Of a stretch of 64,000 nucleotides of DNA, positions 18,029 through 28,183 are shown piece by piece. Numbering within the stretch: the stretch's first letter is position 1; every line of letters begins with the position of its first letter. The DNA is from a bacterium (GTDB lineage Bacteria > RBG-13-61-14 > DATKZS01). The notes under the pieces are model-generated. The model did not search any database and was not told where the DNA came from. It saw only the letters and a program-made list of their open reading frames with translations. Position numbers and translations under genes: made by a program. The DNA lies in NCBI GenBank assembly GCA_963674965.2, contig CAXXFL010000002.1, positions 480,001 through 544,000 on the forward strand, given 5' to 3'.

Positions 18029-19138
18029 ATGAGCGGAACATACTTTATTACCGGCGTTACGGGGTTCGTGGGCCAGGAGGTAATGAGCCTTCTTTGCGCC
18101 GACGGGGCGGAAAAGATATATTGCTTTGCCCGCGCCTCCAAGGACCTTCCGGCCGAGACGCGTCTCAAGCTGATCCTTTCCGATCTGGACATACCCGACG
18201 ACGGCCGCGTGGCGCTGGTCGAGGGTGACATCCGCAAAGAGCGCATGGGCATCGAAGACAAGCTCTACGAGGAGATTTGCGCGAGCGTGACGCACATCAT
18301 CCATTCGGCGGCGGACGTGAGGTTCAACCGGCCTCTTGAAAAGATGCGCCGCATCAACGTTGACGGCACGCGGCACGTTCTGCGCCTGGCCAAGGACTGC
18401 CTGAAGCGCAACCCGGATTTCTCGCACGTGTCCTACGTGAGCACCACCTTTGTGGCAGGCCGCCGCTCGGGAGTGGTCAAGGAGGACGAACTTAACGGTG
18501 AAGCCGGATTTAAGAACACCTACGAGTTGACCAAGTACGAGGCCGAGGTCATAGTCAGGAGCTGGATGGGCGAGATTCCCATTATCATCTATCGTCCCTC
18601 CATCGTGATGGGGGCCTCGGAGACGGGCCGGGCCAAGAAGAACAACGTGGTCTATCCCTTGCTGAGGCTCCTGACCAACTGGAACTGGCCGGTAATCTCG
18701 GTGAACAACCGCACCACCATGGACGTGGTCCCCGTCGATTTCGTGGCCAAGGCCATGCTCCACATATCCAAGGACCCGGAGAACTACGGCAAATGCTTCC
18801 ACCTCGCCGCCGGCACGCCTGGGGACATGCCCTTCCGGGAATTCTTCTCCATCGTGAAGGAAGTCTTCGGAAAGAGGGTGATAAATATTCCGCCCATTTT
18901 ATGGAGACTGGTGGTAAGGCCTCTTCTAATGACGTTCAAGCGCTCCTATTACGAGAAGAGCACGGGCATATTCCGGGCCTTCACTTCGTATATATGGGAG
19001 TACAACCCCCGCTTCAGCGTGGACGAGGCCAAGGAGGCACTGGCCGATTCGGGCGTCAAGCTCCCCGACACCACGGCCTTTCTTCGGGTTTGCTTCAAGC
19101 GCGCCATCGAGACGGACTTCGGACGCAAGGAGGAGTAG
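18029..19138 (+). CDS. Extended SDR oxidoreductase (fatty acyl-CoA reductase / NAD_binding_4 type)
   Basis: TGVTGFVG, HSAADVRF, NVDGT, YVST, YELTK, YRPSIV. Confidence 0.88.
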   Translation: MSGTYFITGVTGFVGQEVMSLLCADGAEKIYCFARASKDLPAETRLKLILSDLDIPDDGRVALVEGDIRKERMGIEDKLYEEICASVTHIIHSAADVRFNRPLEKMRRINVDGTRHVLRLAKDCLKRNPDFSHVSYVSTTFVAGRRSGVVKEDELNGEAGFKNTYELTKYEAEVIVRSWMGEIPIIIYRPSIVMGASETGRAKKNNVVYPLLRLLTNWNWPVISVNNRTTMDVVPVDFVAKAMLHISKDPENYGKCFHLAAGTPGDMPFREFFSIVKEVFGKRVINIPPILWRLVVRPLLMTFKRSYYEKSTGIFRAFTSYIWEYNPRFSVDEAKEALADSGVKLPDTTAFLRVCFKRAIETDFGRKEE

Positions 19139-19423
19139 CGCTAAGTTTGGTCTTTTATTTTTCGACCTCGGCCGACGCGGGACATGCGTTTCTTCGCGAG
19201 CTCATGAATAATTATCGCCATCAAATATTCAGTTCTCGTCGCGTAAGCGATAGAAATAAAAACGGCGATCCAACGGTTTCGCCGGCCTTAAAATAAAATC
19301 TCGAAGACGGCGAGGCGGCGCGGTCCGGCGCGGCGGCGATTGAGTCGGACCTCCACTATCCCACCGACGCTTCGCTTCCGTTAGTCCTTCTTGATCTTGC
19401 AAGCAGTATCGGATAATCTTTTC

Positions 19424-20605
19424 ATGATGGGCGAGGATAACAAGAACGCCAAAGACGGACGACTGGGAGACCTGTTAGTCGAGCGAAAGCTTATTACCGG
19501 CGAGCAGCTCGATCAGGCCGTCCAGTGCCAGGTTCTTTTCGGCGGCCGGCTGGGGGTCAACCTCCTCGAGTTGGGCTTCATCGAGGAGGATACCCTGCTC
19601 GACCTCCTCAAGACCAAGTACGGAGTGAAGTCCGCCACCCGGCGGGACCTTGACGACGTAAAAAAGGAAACCATCGCGCTGGTCCCGAGAAGGATCGCCG
19701 AGAAACATCTTGTCATCCCCGTAAAGCTGGAGGAGGAAGAACTCGAGATAGCCCTGCTCGATCCCTGGCGGGAAAGCTCGATCCGGGTCCTTACCGAGGT
19801 GTCCGGCCTCAAGATCAACCCGGTCATCGCCCTCGAGTTGGACGTGTACTGGGCGCTCGAGAAATACTACGGAGTTAAAAGGGACACCCGTTACGTGAAC
19901 CTCGACCGCTGGCTCGAGCACCGCAAGGCCTTGAAGCTCGAGCGGGAGGAGGCCAAAAGAACCATCGAGGAGAGGGCGGAAATTTACGACTCCGAGCCGC
20001 TTTTGCCCGATCCCAACAGCATCACCGCCCTGGAGGGCCAGCCCCGGGACTTGAACGACTTCTGGGACCGGGTGGGCAGGACGGGACATCCCGAGTTTCT
20101 TCTCGCCCGGGTGAAACAGGACCTGGAGAGGGCTATATCGAGGGACGAGGTGGCCATGGTGGTGCTCGACTTCGCTGCCATGAGCTTCAACCGCGCCGTC
20201 CTTTTCGTGGCCAACGACGACATGCTTTTCGGGTGGGACGCCAGGGGGGAAGGTCTGAACACCAGGGCCGCCCTCGCCCTCATGATCCCACTCTCGAGGC
20301 GGAGCATGTTCAAGACCGTCGTCGAGACCGGCGCCTATTTCCTGGGTCCGGTGCCCGACTCGCCCATCAACAAGAGGTTCCTCGCGGCCCTGGGACCGAC
20401 CGAGCCCAAGACGGTCCTCCTCCTTCCCGTGTTCGTGGCGGGCAAGGTGGTGGCCATATTATACGGGGACATGGGACACGACCAGAAAATCTCCGGCAAG
20501 CTGGCGCCCATCCAGAGCGCCGTGTCTCAAGCCGGCCTGGCCTTCGAGAGGATGATACTGTCCAAAAAACAGGCCCCGGCCACCCCGCCGAAGAAGGAAG
20601 AATAA
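19424..20605 (+). CDS. MshEN (GspE/PilB N-terminal) domain protein with GAF-like C-terminus, no ATPase
   Basis: Tandem RLGDLLVERKLITGEQLDQAVQCQ-x5-RLGVNLLELGFI; C-terminal LLLPVFVAGKVVAILYGD. Confidence 0.82.
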   Translation: MMGEDNKNAKDGRLGDLLVERKLITGEQLDQAVQCQVLFGGRLGVNLLELGFIEEDTLLDLLKTKYGVKSATRRDLDDVKKETIALVPRRIAEKHLVIPVKLEEEELEIALLDPWRESSIRVLTEVSGLKINPVIALELDVYWALEKYYGVKRDTRYVNLDRWLEHRKALKLEREEAKRTIEERAEIYDSEPLLPDPNSITALEGQPRDLNDFWDRVGRTGHPEFLLARVKQDLERAISRDEVAMVVLDFAAMSFNRAVLFVANDDMLFGWDARGEGLNTRAALALMIPLSRRSMFKTVVETGAYFLGPVPDSPINKRFLAALGPTEPKTVLLLPVFVAGKVVAILYGDMGHDQKISGKLAPIQSAVSQAGLAFERMILSKKQAPATPPKKEE

Positions 20606-20618
20606 TTCGCCTCCTTCC

Positions 20619-22343
20619 TTACTTTACTTTGAGAGTACGCATCCTGTTGATGGCCGCGGCGACCTCGAAGGCTCGAGGCTCGGCCAGGTTGCCCATGCCT
20701 CGCGGGTTGGCCGCCTCGAGTCCCTTCTCGGCAACGTCTCGCGCCATGGCCTCGACGCCGTCCTTCAAATCGACCCGCTCCTTTAAATATTTCGTCGAGT
20801 AGAGCCGGATCAACTCGCCTATCGCCCTGGTTTGGCTTTCGTCAACCAACTGGCCGAGGGCGGAAACGTCGATGGTCGTCTCGCCGTATTGAATGTGGCC
20901 AAGACCCCTGGCGACAATTTTGACTTCCCTTTTACCCTTCCTGGCGTCAAAGGACTCGGCCGCTGGGAAACGGGAAGAGTTATTCCGACTGAAGCCGCCG
21001 GACTCGGGGGCTCTTCCGGTGGGATATTGCCCGGCGACCCGGGCCGCCTTGTCCGTCACGTCCATGGGAGCGTACTCGTCCATCTGGATCACCGCGTCGG
21101 CCACGTCCAGGTAATCCCCCGATCCGCCCACCACGATAACGGTGGAGCAGCCCTTTTCCCGATAGATATCCCGGACCCTGTCGATGAACGGCGTGATCGG
21201 CTCTTTGCCCTTCTCGACCAGGACCTGCATCCTCCGGTCGCGGATCATGAAGTTGGTGGCCGAGGTGTCTTCATCGACCAGCAAAGCCTTGGCCCCCATC
21301 TCGAGGGCCTCCATGATGTTGGCGGCCTGGGAGGTCGAGCCCGAGGCGTTGTCCGTGCTGAACCTCTTCGTGTCCTTGCCAAAGGGGAGGTTGTCGATAA
21401 AGGGCGAGATGTCCACGGCCTCGACGCGTCTTCCGTCCTCCGCCCGAATCTTCACCGCGCCTCCGATGGTCGCCACCAACTCCCTGCCATCGCCCGGCAC
21501 GTGGGGGTAGACGCCAAGGGAAACGGCCTCGAGAAGGGTGCTCTTCCCGTGAAAGCCTCCTCCCACGATCAGCGTCACCCCCTCCGGAACGCCCATGCCC
21601 GCCACCTTCCTTCCCCCCGGCAGGGACATCTCGACGCGCAGTTGGGGCGGACTTTGAAACCTCACCGCGGAGGGTGAATTTAATGGACGCGGGTCCACGC
21701 CCGATCGTCTCGGGAGAAGCGAGCCGTCGGCGATAAAGGAGACGAGGTTTTTTCCGGCCAGCCCTTTTTGCAGCTCGGTCCAGTCCTCGACCGTCCGGGA
21801 GTGCTCGCCAAGGGCCGCCATGTCCAGGGCCCTCGCCGAGAGGGAGTCGGCCACGATCCTCGGGACCTCCTCGATCAGCATGGCCTCGGCTTGCCGGCCG
21901 AGAACGGTCCGTCCCCGGGCCGGGAGTCCCGCGGTGAACCTGACCTCGATACGATCGTCCGAAACGAAGACGGCCGTCCGCCTCAGTATCTCCTGGCCGC
22001 CGGAGTCGATCTCGATCAGGCCGCTCTTGCCCATGCCCCGCGGCCCGCTCCGGCTGGACTTGGTCTTTTTAATGGCGCGGGAGAAGGCGCGGGCGAGGAA
22101 GTCGGCCAGGGCCAGGCGGGTGGGGGCTTCGGCGTCAAGGCCGGGAGTGAAGCCGTTTCGTCTCCTGTCCACCTCGACGCGCAGCCTGGACGGAGACGCG
22201 AAGGGGTCTCCCTGCACGTGGTCCACGCGAAGGATGAAGCCGCCCATGTCGTAGGGACCGGCCAGGTCCTTGTAAGACCCGTAGCCTTTGCCGTCGATCC
22301 TACGGAGCTCGGCCGCCAATTGAGTTTTGTCTTTCATGGCCAT
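20619..22343 (-). CDS. ABC-class ATPase domain protein (COG3044-type)
   Basis: DHVQGDPFASPS, GGGFHGKST, STDNASGSTSQAA, LLVDEDTSATNFMIRD, AAINRMR. Confidence 0.92.
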   Translation of the reverse strand: MAMKDKTQLAAELRRIDGKGYGSYKDLAGPYDMGGFILRVDHVQGDPFASPSRLRVEVDRRRNGFTPGLDAEAPTRLALADFLARAFSRAIKKTKSSRSGPRGMGKSGLIEIDSGGQEILRRTAVFVSDDRIEVRFTAGLPARGRTVLGRQAEAMLIEEVPRIVADSLSARALDMAALGEHSRTVEDWTELQKGLAGKNLVSFIADGSLLPRRSGVDPRPLNSPSAVRFQSPPQLRVEMSLPGGRKVAGMGVPEGVTLIVGGGFHGKSTLLEAVSLGVYPHVPGDGRELVATIGGAVKIRAEDGRRVEAVDISPFIDNLPFGKDTKRFSTDNASGSTSQAANIMEALEMGAKALLVDEDTSATNFMIRDRRMQVLVEKGKEPITPFIDRVRDIYREKGCSTVIVVGGSGDYLDVADAVIQMDEYAPMDVTDKAARVAGQYPTGRAPESGGFSRNNSSRFPAAESFDARKGKREVKIVARGLGHIQYGETTIDVSALGQLVDESQTRAIGELIRLYSTKYLKERVDLKDGVEAMARDVAEKGLEAANPRGMGNLAEPRAFEVAAAINRMRTLKVK

Positions 22344-22404
22344 CCTTGCCCTGAGACGGCGGGGCCGCCTCTATCGCGCCTCGCCCGGGCAGGGGACGGG
22401 GACT

Positions 22405-23430
22405 TCAGTCGTCCCGGGTTTGAAAAGAGCTTTTCAAAAGGGGCGAGAGCATGGCGTTAATTATGCGCTTGATCGTGGCCTCGTCCAGGGCCGCGTCGTC
22501 GATAACGGTGTAAGGGAGCTTGTTGTCCCTGACGTAGCCGGGAAGGGCCGAGATCACCTCGCCGATCTGATCGGCCGTGAGGCCCAGGTCCTCCGGTTTC
22601 CAGGGCACGCGCAGCCAATGGAGGAACTGCTTGGCGGGCCTGCTCGATTTTCTTTGCAGTTCCATCATCAGGATTACGCCCATGCAGATAAGGGCCCCCC
22701 GCCTTGGCGAGACGCCCAGTTTCAGCTCCGCCAGGTCGGCGAAGAAGTGGGCCGATCCCTCGATGGGCCTTCTCGATCCCACTTTCCGGGCCAGTTCCTC
22801 GCGGGCGATCAAAAGCTCGACCAGGCGCCGTATGCCGCTTTCCGTCAGCTCGCCGATTTCGTCGGCCCAGTCGAACAACTCGCCCACCAGGTCCACCGCC
22901 CGCTCGGCCACGTTTTCGGTCAGCCCCTTCAGGCCCGCCAGATTGGCTATGCGGCAGTCCTCCACGGTGGGGGAGATGGCCAACAGCTCTCCAACTCCAG
23001 TCCTGGTCAGGGCCTCATGCTCGCCCCAAATGAGACCCGAGTCGACGATCAAAAGATCGGTTTCCTTCTCGCCGATTATCTTGGGCGCGCCCTTGTCCCT
23101 CTCGATAACGTCGCGCCTGACCGCGGACTCCCCGTCGATGGCGGTGGGTACCACCACCAGGTCGGCCCCCGAGGCGAGGGCGGCCCTCCGGGCTATCTCG
23201 ATAATCCTGCCATGTCCCGCGGCCAGCACCGTGCCCGCCTTTTCCGACTTCACTTTCTCGACGGTCGCCGACGACCCGACGCCGGCGGCGTCCACCACCA
23301 GGTCGACCCTGGCCGCCAGGCGGCCCTCCATCATTTTCCACCACTCGGGACCGGTCACGGCCAGAAGAGGGCCGGCGAAATTTTCCTCGCCCAGCGCCTC
23401 CAACAACTTTTGTCCAAACCTTGTTTCCAT
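22405..23430 (-). CDS. Glycerol-1-phosphate/glycerol dehydrogenase-like (Fe-ADH/DHQS superfamily) protein, degenerate motifs
   Basis: AAGHGRIIEIAR, VVPTAIDGE, TGVGELLA, EGSAHFF and PEDLGL align loosely with the family motifs. Confidence 0.6.
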   Translation of the reverse strand: METRFGQKLLEALGEENFAGPLLAVTGPEWWKMMEGRLAARVDLVVDAAGVGSSATVEKVKSEKAGTVLAAGHGRIIEIARRAALASGADLVVVPTAIDGESAVRRDVIERDKGAPKIIGEKETDLLIVDSGLIWGEHEALTRTGVGELLAISPTVEDCRIANLAGLKGLTENVAERAVDLVGELFDWADEIGELTESGIRRLVELLIAREELARKVGSRRPIEGSAHFFADLAELKLGVSPRRGALICMGVILMMELQRKSSRPAKQFLHWLRVPWKPEDLGLTADQIGEVISALPGYVRDNKLPYTVIDDAALDEATIKRIINAMLSPLLKSSFQTRDD

Positions 23431-23476
23431 ATTTTATTTACACCGCCAAAAAATATTTACATGGACGAGAAAAGGA

Positions 23477-23923
23477 TCACTCGTCCAGCATGTCAATCCT
23501 TTCCTTGTGCCGCCCGCCCTTGAAACGGGAGGACAGCCAGGACTCGAGGGCGTCGACCGCCACCGCGTCCCCAATTACGCGGGCGCCGAAAACGAGGACG
23601 TTGGCGTCGTTGTGCTCCCTGGCCATGCGGGCCGTAAAGGAGTCGTGGACCAAGGCGGCCCGGACCCCGCGAAAACGGTTGGCCGTCATGCTCATGCCGA
23701 TGCCGGTCCCGCAAATGAGGACGCCCAGATCGTACTCGCCCCCCGCCACGGCCTTGGCCACCTTCTTGCCGAAGTCCGGGTAGTTGACGCTCTTCCTGAC
23801 CTTGGGTCCCATGTCCTTGACCTCGTGTCCCCTTTGCCGGAGATAGTCGGCCAGGGTCTTTTTCAAATCGATCGCCGCGTGATCGCCCGCGATGGCGATG
23901 GTGGGAAGCCTGGATTTTTTCAT
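23477..23923 (-). CDS. rpiB: Ribose-5-phosphate isomerase B
   Basis: GDHA, NYPDF, CGTGIGMSMTANR, AREHNDANVL, FKGGRH. Confidence 0.96.
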   Translation of the reverse strand: MKKSRLPTIAIAGDHAAIDLKKTLADYLRQRGHEVKDMGPKVRKSVNYPDFGKKVAKAVAGGEYDLGVLICGTGIGMSMTANRFRGVRAALVHDSFTARMAREHNDANVLVFGARVIGDAVAVDALESWLSSRFKGGRHKERIDMLDE

Positions 23924-23982
23924 GGAGTCTCTCCTCACGGGTTTTTTCGTTGAATCGGCCCCGACAAAGGGGGACTAATCCA

Positions 23983-24687
23983 TTATTGGGCCTTTTTGCT
24001 CATGGACTCGGCCATGACCTTGAAGTACTTGTAAGTGTCGGGCAGGGTCTTGTCCATGGCGAAGGCGGTAAAGGGCCCGGTGGCCGGTATATCGAGGTCG
24101 ATGTGTATTTCATTGATGGCCAGCGTTTTGCCGCCCTCGGCGGGGCCCAGTTTCCAGCTTCCGTAATCCTCCTTGATGTTTCCCGCCAGTCTTTTCCAGG
24201 TCTGGAGCATTTCCTTGTCGTCGTGCGATATCTCGAGCAGGACCCACCGGTCGCTGACGGGCCAGGGGAAATCGTTTCTCTGATAGGAGTAGACCGTCCA
24301 CTTGCCGGGGGCCGGCTCTTTTTTGTATCCGGCCTTATTGTCCTTGAGAAGCTTCTCGACCTCGTCGGCGTCCACGTCCCCGGCCTCGACCACCTTGTCT
24401 TTAGTCTCCTCGTCGAGCAGGAGGCTGACCGTGGTCCTGTCCATATAGTCGTCGTAAAGCTCGAGCGACCCTATTACCTTCCACATGGTCTCGGGAGGAT
24501 AATCGAACAGCCCGGCGCTCCAGGCCCCGCTCTGGGTCCCTCCCTCCTTCTCGACGGCCTTCACTATCTCGCCCTTGTTAAGGGCCTTCCAGTCCTCGGC
24601 CGTCAGGTCCCGGCCCAGTCCGGCCGCGACGAAAGAGGCGGCCAGGAGGACCAGGATAAAAGCGGCGCCAATCACTCGGGTCTTCAT
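23983..24687 (-). CDS. Secreted START/SRPBCC-like lipid-binding protein
   Basis: Signal peptide MKTRVIGAAFILVLLAAS; PPETMWKVI..YDDYM, FPWPVSDRW, GNIKEDYGSWKL; ATGA overlap with the upstream gene. Confidence 0.65.
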   Translation of the reverse strand: MKTRVIGAAFILVLLAASFVAAGLGRDLTAEDWKALNKGEIVKAVEKEGGTQSGAWSAGLFDYPPETMWKVIGSLELYDDYMDRTTVSLLLDEETKDKVVEAGDVDADEVEKLLKDNKAGYKKEPAPGKWTVYSYQRNDFPWPVSDRWVLLEISHDDKEMLQTWKRLAGNIKEDYGSWKLGPAEGGKTLAINEIHIDLDIPATGPFTAFAMDKTLPDTYKYFKVMAESMSKKAQ

Positions 24688-25598
24688 TCCACCAGTTCTC
24701 CCTTGTTCTCCATTTCCTTTACGATCGTCTCGTACCTTTCCATGTCCAGCTCGTACTTGTTGCCCAGGAAGGCCCTGTCCCGGGCCTCGGCGTAAAGGCG
24801 GTGGCCGAAGTAACCCGAAAGCTCGTCGCAAAGGGACATGATCTGTTCGCCCGGCACCCATTTCTCGAGCTTGCCCTCAGTCGCGTTAAAGAGGCAGTCG
24901 TTGAAGATGGCGTGGGTCACGACGTAAAGGGGGTAATCGGAAAGGTCCCGCTGCATGGCCAGGAACTTGCCCTCGATCTCGGGGTTATAGAACCTGAACC
25001 AGCGCGAGTAAAAAAGCGCGCCGTGGTAGTGCTCGGGCACGTCCAGGACGCCGGTCCTTCCCGTTTCTTTAACCACCTCGCTGACGAGGGGGATAAAGTT
25101 CTGAAGGACGCCGAGACCCGGATACCGCTGATGGGGCAGGGCGGGCCTTTTGTCCTTGAATTCCTCCCTCGGGTTCTGCAGCATCATCCAGTCCACCAGG
25201 ATCATCGAGTGCGAGCCGATATACACGCCCTCCAGGAACTGCTCGCGCGGGGTAAAGGTCCCCTCCCGAAGCCGGAGCTCGATAAGGATGTGGTCGTAGT
25301 CCCTTACCCCCTCGTAAACGTAAAGCCGGTGGTTGAACACCTGGTTCATCCGCAACTCTACCTTTATGTCCTTAAACCCGAGTTCCTCGATCTGGCGCAT
25401 GATGCCGTACTTGTGAAGAAGCTCGGTGATGGCGTCGACGTCGTACTTGCCGAGAAAAAGATCGTTGGCCGGGGCCTTGGTGATCTCAGATAGAAGCTCG
25501 GCCTCGGAAAGGTTCATGGTTATGCCCTCGATGCGGTCGTGACCATCGAAGTCCATGTACGTCAGCTTTTGCAGTTTTCCTCGAAACTCCTCGAACAT
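24684..25598 (-). CDS. Conserved hypothetical protein (LPHQRYPGLG / PEHYHGA motifs)
   Basis: RBS ggaggt before ATG 25598; genome-typical codon use. Confidence 0.7.
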   Translation of the reverse strand: MFEEFRGKLQKLTYMDFDGHDRIEGITMNLSEAELLSEITKAPANDLFLGKYDVDAITELLHKYGIMRQIEELGFKDIKVELRMNQVFNHRLYVYEGVRDYDHILIELRLREGTFTPREQFLEGVYIGSHSMILVDWMMLQNPREEFKDKRPALPHQRYPGLGVLQNFIPLVSEVVKETGRTGVLDVPEHYHGALFYSRWFRFYNPEIEGKFLAMQRDLSDYPLYVVTHAIFNDCLFNATEGKLEKWVPGEQIMSLCDELSGYFGHRLYAEARDRAFLGNKYELDMERYETIVKEMENKGELVE

Positions 25599-25697
25599 GG
25601 GAAACCTCCAGTACCTCCATTTTGCCATGTACCGGCCAGGCGGGCAACTGTCATGAAAACCGTCAGGGAAAAAATCCAGCCGATCGGAAACCGGATG

Positions 25698-25726
25698 TTG
25701 ACTAACTCGCGGCCTCGTACTATTTT
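25698..25726 (+). promoter_or_regulatory. Possible sigma70 promoter
   Basis: TTGACT, 17 bp, TATTTT upstream of 25751. Confidence 0.4.
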
Positions 25727-25750
25727 TAACCAACTCCAAGGAGGAAGGCT

Positions 25751-26806
25751 ATGGATAAAGTGCGACTGGGGGTCATCGGATGCGGACGCATCTCCGACCT
25801 TAATATACTGGGATACCTGGACCATCCCCAATGCGAGATCGCCGCGGTCTGCGACCTGGACGAGAAGCTGGGAAGACGCCGTCAGAAGGAATGGAGCGCT
25901 GGCTACTACGCTCGGGACTATCGGGAGATATTCAAAGACCCCGAGGTTGACGCGGTCGAGATTCTGGCGCCCCACCGCTTTCATCATCCCATGGTCATCG
26001 AGGCGGCCAGGGCGGGCAAGCACGTGTCGGTCCAAAAGCCCATGTGCATAAGCCTTCGGGAGGCCGACGAGATGATCGCCGCCTGCCGCGAGGCGGGCGT
26101 GAAGCTGAAGGTTTTCGAAAATTTCGTTTTTTATCCTCCCTACCGCAAGGCCAAGGAACTGATCGAGGCGGGCGAGATAGGGGATCCTCTTTCAATCAAC
26201 ATTAAGCTGGGAGGCGGCGTGGGCGGATGGTGGGTCCCTCTCAAGACCTGGCTCTGGCGCCTGGACTACGAGGAGTGCGGCGGGGGCCCCAGCGTTTACG
26301 ACGACGGCTTCCACAAGCTCTCGATCGCGAGGTGGTTCCTCGGCGAGATAGACTCGGTCAAGGCCTGGATAGACTTCACCTTCGGCGTGATCGACATGCC
26401 GGCCATGATTACATGGCGCTACGCCGACGAGTCGAGGCTCGGTACGTGGGAGGTCAACAACTCGCCGGGCATGATGGTCCAGGGCAAATATTACACGGCG
26501 GACGAGCGCGTCGAGATCGTGGGCACAAAGGGGTATCTTTGGGTCACCCGATGCACGGCCAGGCTGAGCGAGATTCCTTCCCTTTACCTTTATCGAGACG
26601 GAGAGAGCCGGGCCTTTGACGGCATCCGGGACGACTGGGGCGACTCTTTCCATGACTCGGGCCGGGACTTTATCGACTGCCTCCTCGAGGACCGGCCGCC
26701 CTTTTTATCCGGCGAGGACGGAAAGGCCCTGATGAAGTTCTGGCTCGCCATCGAGCGGAGCGCGAACGAGGGACGCGAGGTGTCCCTCTCGGAGATGGAA
26801 CCATGA
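25751..26806 (+). CDS. Gfo/Idh/MocA family oxidoreductase
   Basis: GVIGCGRIS, DPEVDAV, AGKHVSVQKP, GGG..YDDGFH. Confidence 0.93.
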   Translation: MDKVRLGVIGCGRISDLNILGYLDHPQCEIAAVCDLDEKLGRRRQKEWSAGYYARDYREIFKDPEVDAVEILAPHRFHHPMVIEAARAGKHVSVQKPMCISLREADEMIAACREAGVKLKVFENFVFYPPYRKAKELIEAGEIGDPLSINIKLGGGVGGWWVPLKTWLWRLDYEECGGGPSVYDDGFHKLSIARWFLGEIDSVKAWIDFTFGVIDMPAMITWRYADESRLGTWEVNNSPGMMVQGKYYTADERVEIVGTKGYLWVTRCTARLSEIPSLYLYRDGESRAFDGIRDDWGDSFHDSGRDFIDCLLEDRPPFLSGEDGKALMKFWLAIERSANEGREVSLSEMEP

Positions 26807-27099
26807 AAAGCATCGCGGTAAAAATCGGCGCGGCGATTGGAGTGTGGCTTCTAAAGCTCCTTATTGGCCGTCTTCCCGACCTGGTTCTGGCTCGGCTTTT
26901 TCGGGGGGTCGAGCGGCTCGTATACGCGGCGACGGGAGACGAGGCGGCCGCGGGAGCGGCGGCGGAAGTGGCGGACATCTTCGAAAGCGGCCCTCCTTTC
27001 ACCGTCACCGTGAGAAAAATGGCGGCGGCGGCCGACCCCGAGCTGATCGCGGGGATTATGTCGTGTCTCTTCGCCAAGTCTCCCTACGGCGCGGCTTAG
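26803..27099 (+). CDS. Hypothetical protein, 98 aa
   Basis: ATGA overlap with the upstream stop; fills the operon gap. Confidence 0.55.
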   Translation: MKSIAVKIGAAIGVWLLKLLIGRLPDLVLARLFRGVERLVYAATGDEAAAGAAAEVADIFESGPPFTVTVRKMAAAADPELIAGIMSCLFAKSPYGAA

Positions 27100-27119
27100 A
27101 AGACGTCAAGGATAAAGAC

Positions 27120-28163
27120 ATGGGTTTCTGGAAAAGATTGAAGGGTGAGAAGGAAGCCGCAAAGCCGGCGGTCAAGGTCGCGGCGATCGGAGATGGAACC
27201 GAGGCGAAAAGGATGGCCGCTGCCCTCGAACTGGCCAGGGACGTCGATCTCGTGGGGTCCGAGATAGTCGAGCACGCCGACGGGCTAGTTCGCCGTCCGG
27301 TCCTTTCTCCTCCCTCGCTGGCGCGCTTCGAGGAAATAATCCGCGTTCCCGGACTCGCGGCCATCGAGATCGAGGCCCCGCCCGAGAAGCGCCTCGAGCT
27401 GGCCCAGGCCTCCATCAAGGCCGGGCTTTTCACCTCCATCGACCCGCCCGCAAGGGCCGGCGAGATCGAGGAGCTAAAGAAACTGGCCCGAGCCTACGGC
27501 GTTGGTTTTCGGGTCAGGCTGCTTCCCTTTTATTATCCTCCCTACCTGGAATTGATTCGGCTGGCCGATGAGGAGGCCCTGGGGCCGCCCACTTGCGTCA
27601 AGCTGGGCGTCAAAAGGGGGGGAGGACCCGCGCCGGCGGACCTCGACCCGGTCCGGTGGATTATCGAGAATGAAATCGGCTTTCTGGCCCTGGCCTCGAG
27701 GCTGTTGGGAAAGGTCTGCCTGGTCCATGCCCGGCTGGAGCGGGCCTCGACGAATAACAACCCCGCCAGCTCGGTCATATCGATGAAGTTCAAGGAACCG
27801 CGACGGTTCGGGTATTTCCAACTGGACTTCTGTCCCGACATGTTCATCAAGACCGAAACCGACCCGGTCCATAGGTTCATCGAGCTTACCTCGGCGGGCG
27901 GCGTGATCATGTCCACGCGGGGGGAAGGACAGACCTTAAAAATGCCGGCCCTTATAGTCAGAGGAAAATCGACCACCACGGCCTTCGAGATGATAAGGGA
28001 CGACTGGGTGGCCGTTTACGACAACCTGGCCCAGGAGACGGCCCCCTGGGTGAGAGGCAAGCGCGATCCCTCGCCCGTCACGGATTGCCTTATGGACGCC
28101 CTCTCCCTGATGGCCCTGGCCAAGGAGAGCGCGGAAAAAGGAGACGAGGTCAAAGCCGGATAG
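27120..28163 (+). CDS. Gfo/Idh/MocA-like protein with degenerate motifs
   Basis: KVAAIGDGTEA, FYYPPYLEL..LG.P and ...FIEL...GVI parallel the upstream gene; lacks GxGxxG and (E/Q)KP. Confidence 0.6.
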   Translation: MGFWKRLKGEKEAAKPAVKVAAIGDGTEAKRMAAALELARDVDLVGSEIVEHADGLVRRPVLSPPSLARFEEIIRVPGLAAIEIEAPPEKRLELAQASIKAGLFTSIDPPARAGEIEELKKLARAYGVGFRVRLLPFYYPPYLELIRLADEEALGPPTCVKLGVKRGGGPAPADLDPVRWIIENEIGFLALASRLLGKVCLVHARLERASTNNNPASSVISMKFKEPRRFGYFQLDFCPDMFIKTETDPVHRFIELTSAGGVIMSTRGEGQTLKMPALIVRGKSTTTAFEMIRDDWVAVYDNLAQETAPWVRGKRDPSPVTDCLMDALSLMALAKESAEKGDEVKAG

Positions 28164-28183
28164 CAGGGCGGGTGGCTGATTAT

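Noticed and set aside
22327-23953. 398-aa and 458-aa plus-strand ORFs
   Set aside because: They overlap rpiB and the dehydrogenase-like gene on the minus strand and have no recognisable features.
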